A DNA stretch of 64,000 nucleotides from positions 1 through 64,000 of the IMG/VR virus record IMGVR_UViG_3300032218_001677; one strand, 5' to 3'. Position numbers and translations under genes: made by a program. Below are positions 62,976-64,000 of the stretch, piece after piece. The notes beneath the pieces were generated by a model, which was not told where the DNA came from, did no database searches, and was given only the letters and a program-made list of their open reading frames with translations. Source of the stretch: a virus (Duplodnaviria > Caudoviricetes). The stretch's first letter is position 1; the number at the start of each line of letters is the position of its first letter.

Positions 62976-64000
62976 ACTGGTAGTGGCCTCGCTCCCTTAT
63001 AAACAATGTCAACATTAGCTACATAACCCACTTCACTTCCTTTAAGAACATCCACTTTTATTCCAAGTCCCTCAGAATAACCAGTACTCTGTGCGTCAGT
63101 TCCTAATAGATCATACTGAACTTGTACTACAGTTGTTACAACAAAGTACTTACTAGATAAACCATGAACATCATCTACTAACTGAAGTAAAGAGTCAGGT
63201 GTATAAGTGTACAAATCTAATGGAACACTATTAAGTTGTGTAGATGCATAACGACTGCTTGTACGATTTGAGTCCCACTCGGGGTTACTGTTTTCTTGAT
63301 TTGTTTTATCTGTTTGATAAAATAAAGAAAAAGCTTGTGTGGTATCTAACGGATTTGCATTTAAATTAATATTTTGACGTAACTGAGTAAAAACACTAAC
63401 ACCGTTAGTTTTTTTAGTAGAAGGTCCAATTGCTTTACTAGCTGTGTTTGAACTATTATATTGAGAATCCCAATTATCTGCACCAATGCTCCAATTTAAT
63501 GGATCTTTTGCAGTGTCATTCCAATTATCTTCATTTTCTATTCTAGATCCAAAACTATATTTACCAATAAAATCACTTGGTGCCTTAGCACCTGGAGTTG
63601 TTGAAATTGTTTTACTAAAAGTAGTTGCTTCTGTTTGCGTGTTATATGGCCCGTATACATACATTCTTGTTTTAATATCAACATAAGGAGAGCTACTATC
63701 CAAGTCTTGGAAAACTTTTGTTTTTATACTTTCAAACTCTACTTTTGATGGGCATACTTGAACACAGAATGTTGGAGAACCATACGGAGTATCAATTGGG
63801 TTATCAATATCTAGTCTGTATGTAGGATCATATAGAGTCCCATCATCTGATGATTGTGGTTTTACCCAAGGGGTAGGAGTTCCTTTAACTAAATATGGTC
63901 TTTTATATAAAAAGTCTTTTGTTGCGTACAACCATATAGGTTGATAAATATACCCAAAATCACCTTTAGAGTTAGATGTTCCTTTTGTTTGAAAAACATC
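62972..64000 (-). CDS. Tail/baseplate-associated protein, 5' end beyond the window
   Basis: The frame of track ORF 62972..63931 stays open to position 64000 (DVFQTKGTSNSKGDFGYIYQPIWL...). Confidence 0.65.
   Translation of the reverse strand, partial: DVFQTKGTSNSKGDFGYIYQPIWLYATKDFLYKRPYLVKGTPTPWVKPQSSDDGTLYDPTYRLDIDNPIDTPYGSPTFCVQVCPSKVEFESIKTKVFQDLDSSSPYVDIKTRMYVYGPYNTQTEATTFSKTISTTPGAKAPSDFIGKYSFGSRIENEDNWNDTAKDPLNWSIGADNWDSQYNSSNTASKAIGPSTKKTNGVSVFTQLRQNINLNANPLDTTQAFSLFYQTDKTNQENSNPEWDSNRTSSRYASTQLNSVPLDLYTYTPDSLLQLVDDVHGLSSKYFVVTTVVQVQYDLLGTDAQSTGYSEGLGIKVDVLKGSEVGYVANVDIVYKGARPLPV

Overview
This window is a 64 kb internal fragment of a tailed dsDNA bacteriophage genome in standard genetic code 11. 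The baseplate genes (gp25-like, J-like wedge, hub, LysM) point to a contractile tail. Two WhiB regulators and Thr-stalk secreted proteins point to an actinobacterial host, possibly freshwater Acidimicrobiia (inference). Layout: (1) 1-10.5 kb, mostly minus strand: virion and envelope genes, tRNA-Ile(UAU), glycosyl- and methyltransferases, and a cassette of small proteins with shared N-terminal motifs that includes two ADP-ribosyltransferase-fold proteins and a sigma-region-4-only protein. (2) 10.6-25 kb, plus strand, early region: a GC-richer first gene, a repeat-rich non-coding block, two tRNAs, a MoxR AAA + vWA pair, an SNF2 helicase, WhiB, HNH and a pyrimidine-dimer glycosylase. (3) 25-54.7 kb, minus strand: GT4, lytic transglycosylase, WhiB, disordered Gly/Pro-rich proteins, a 1792-aa protein with an embedded GreA-like coiled coil, SpoVS, and a full recombination/replication module whose initiator gene contains iteron-like repeats. 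(4) A plus-strand Dps operon followed by four small Lys-rich proteins. (5) Baseplate genes running to the window end. I saw no integrase, CRISPR array, reverse transcriptase, capsid or terminase gene in this window. The best novelty candidate is a motif-tagged, possibly virion-packaged set of proteins aimed at host RNA polymerase (Gre-like tip, sigma4 decoy, ARTs). All domain calls come from motif recognition by eye, not from database searches.
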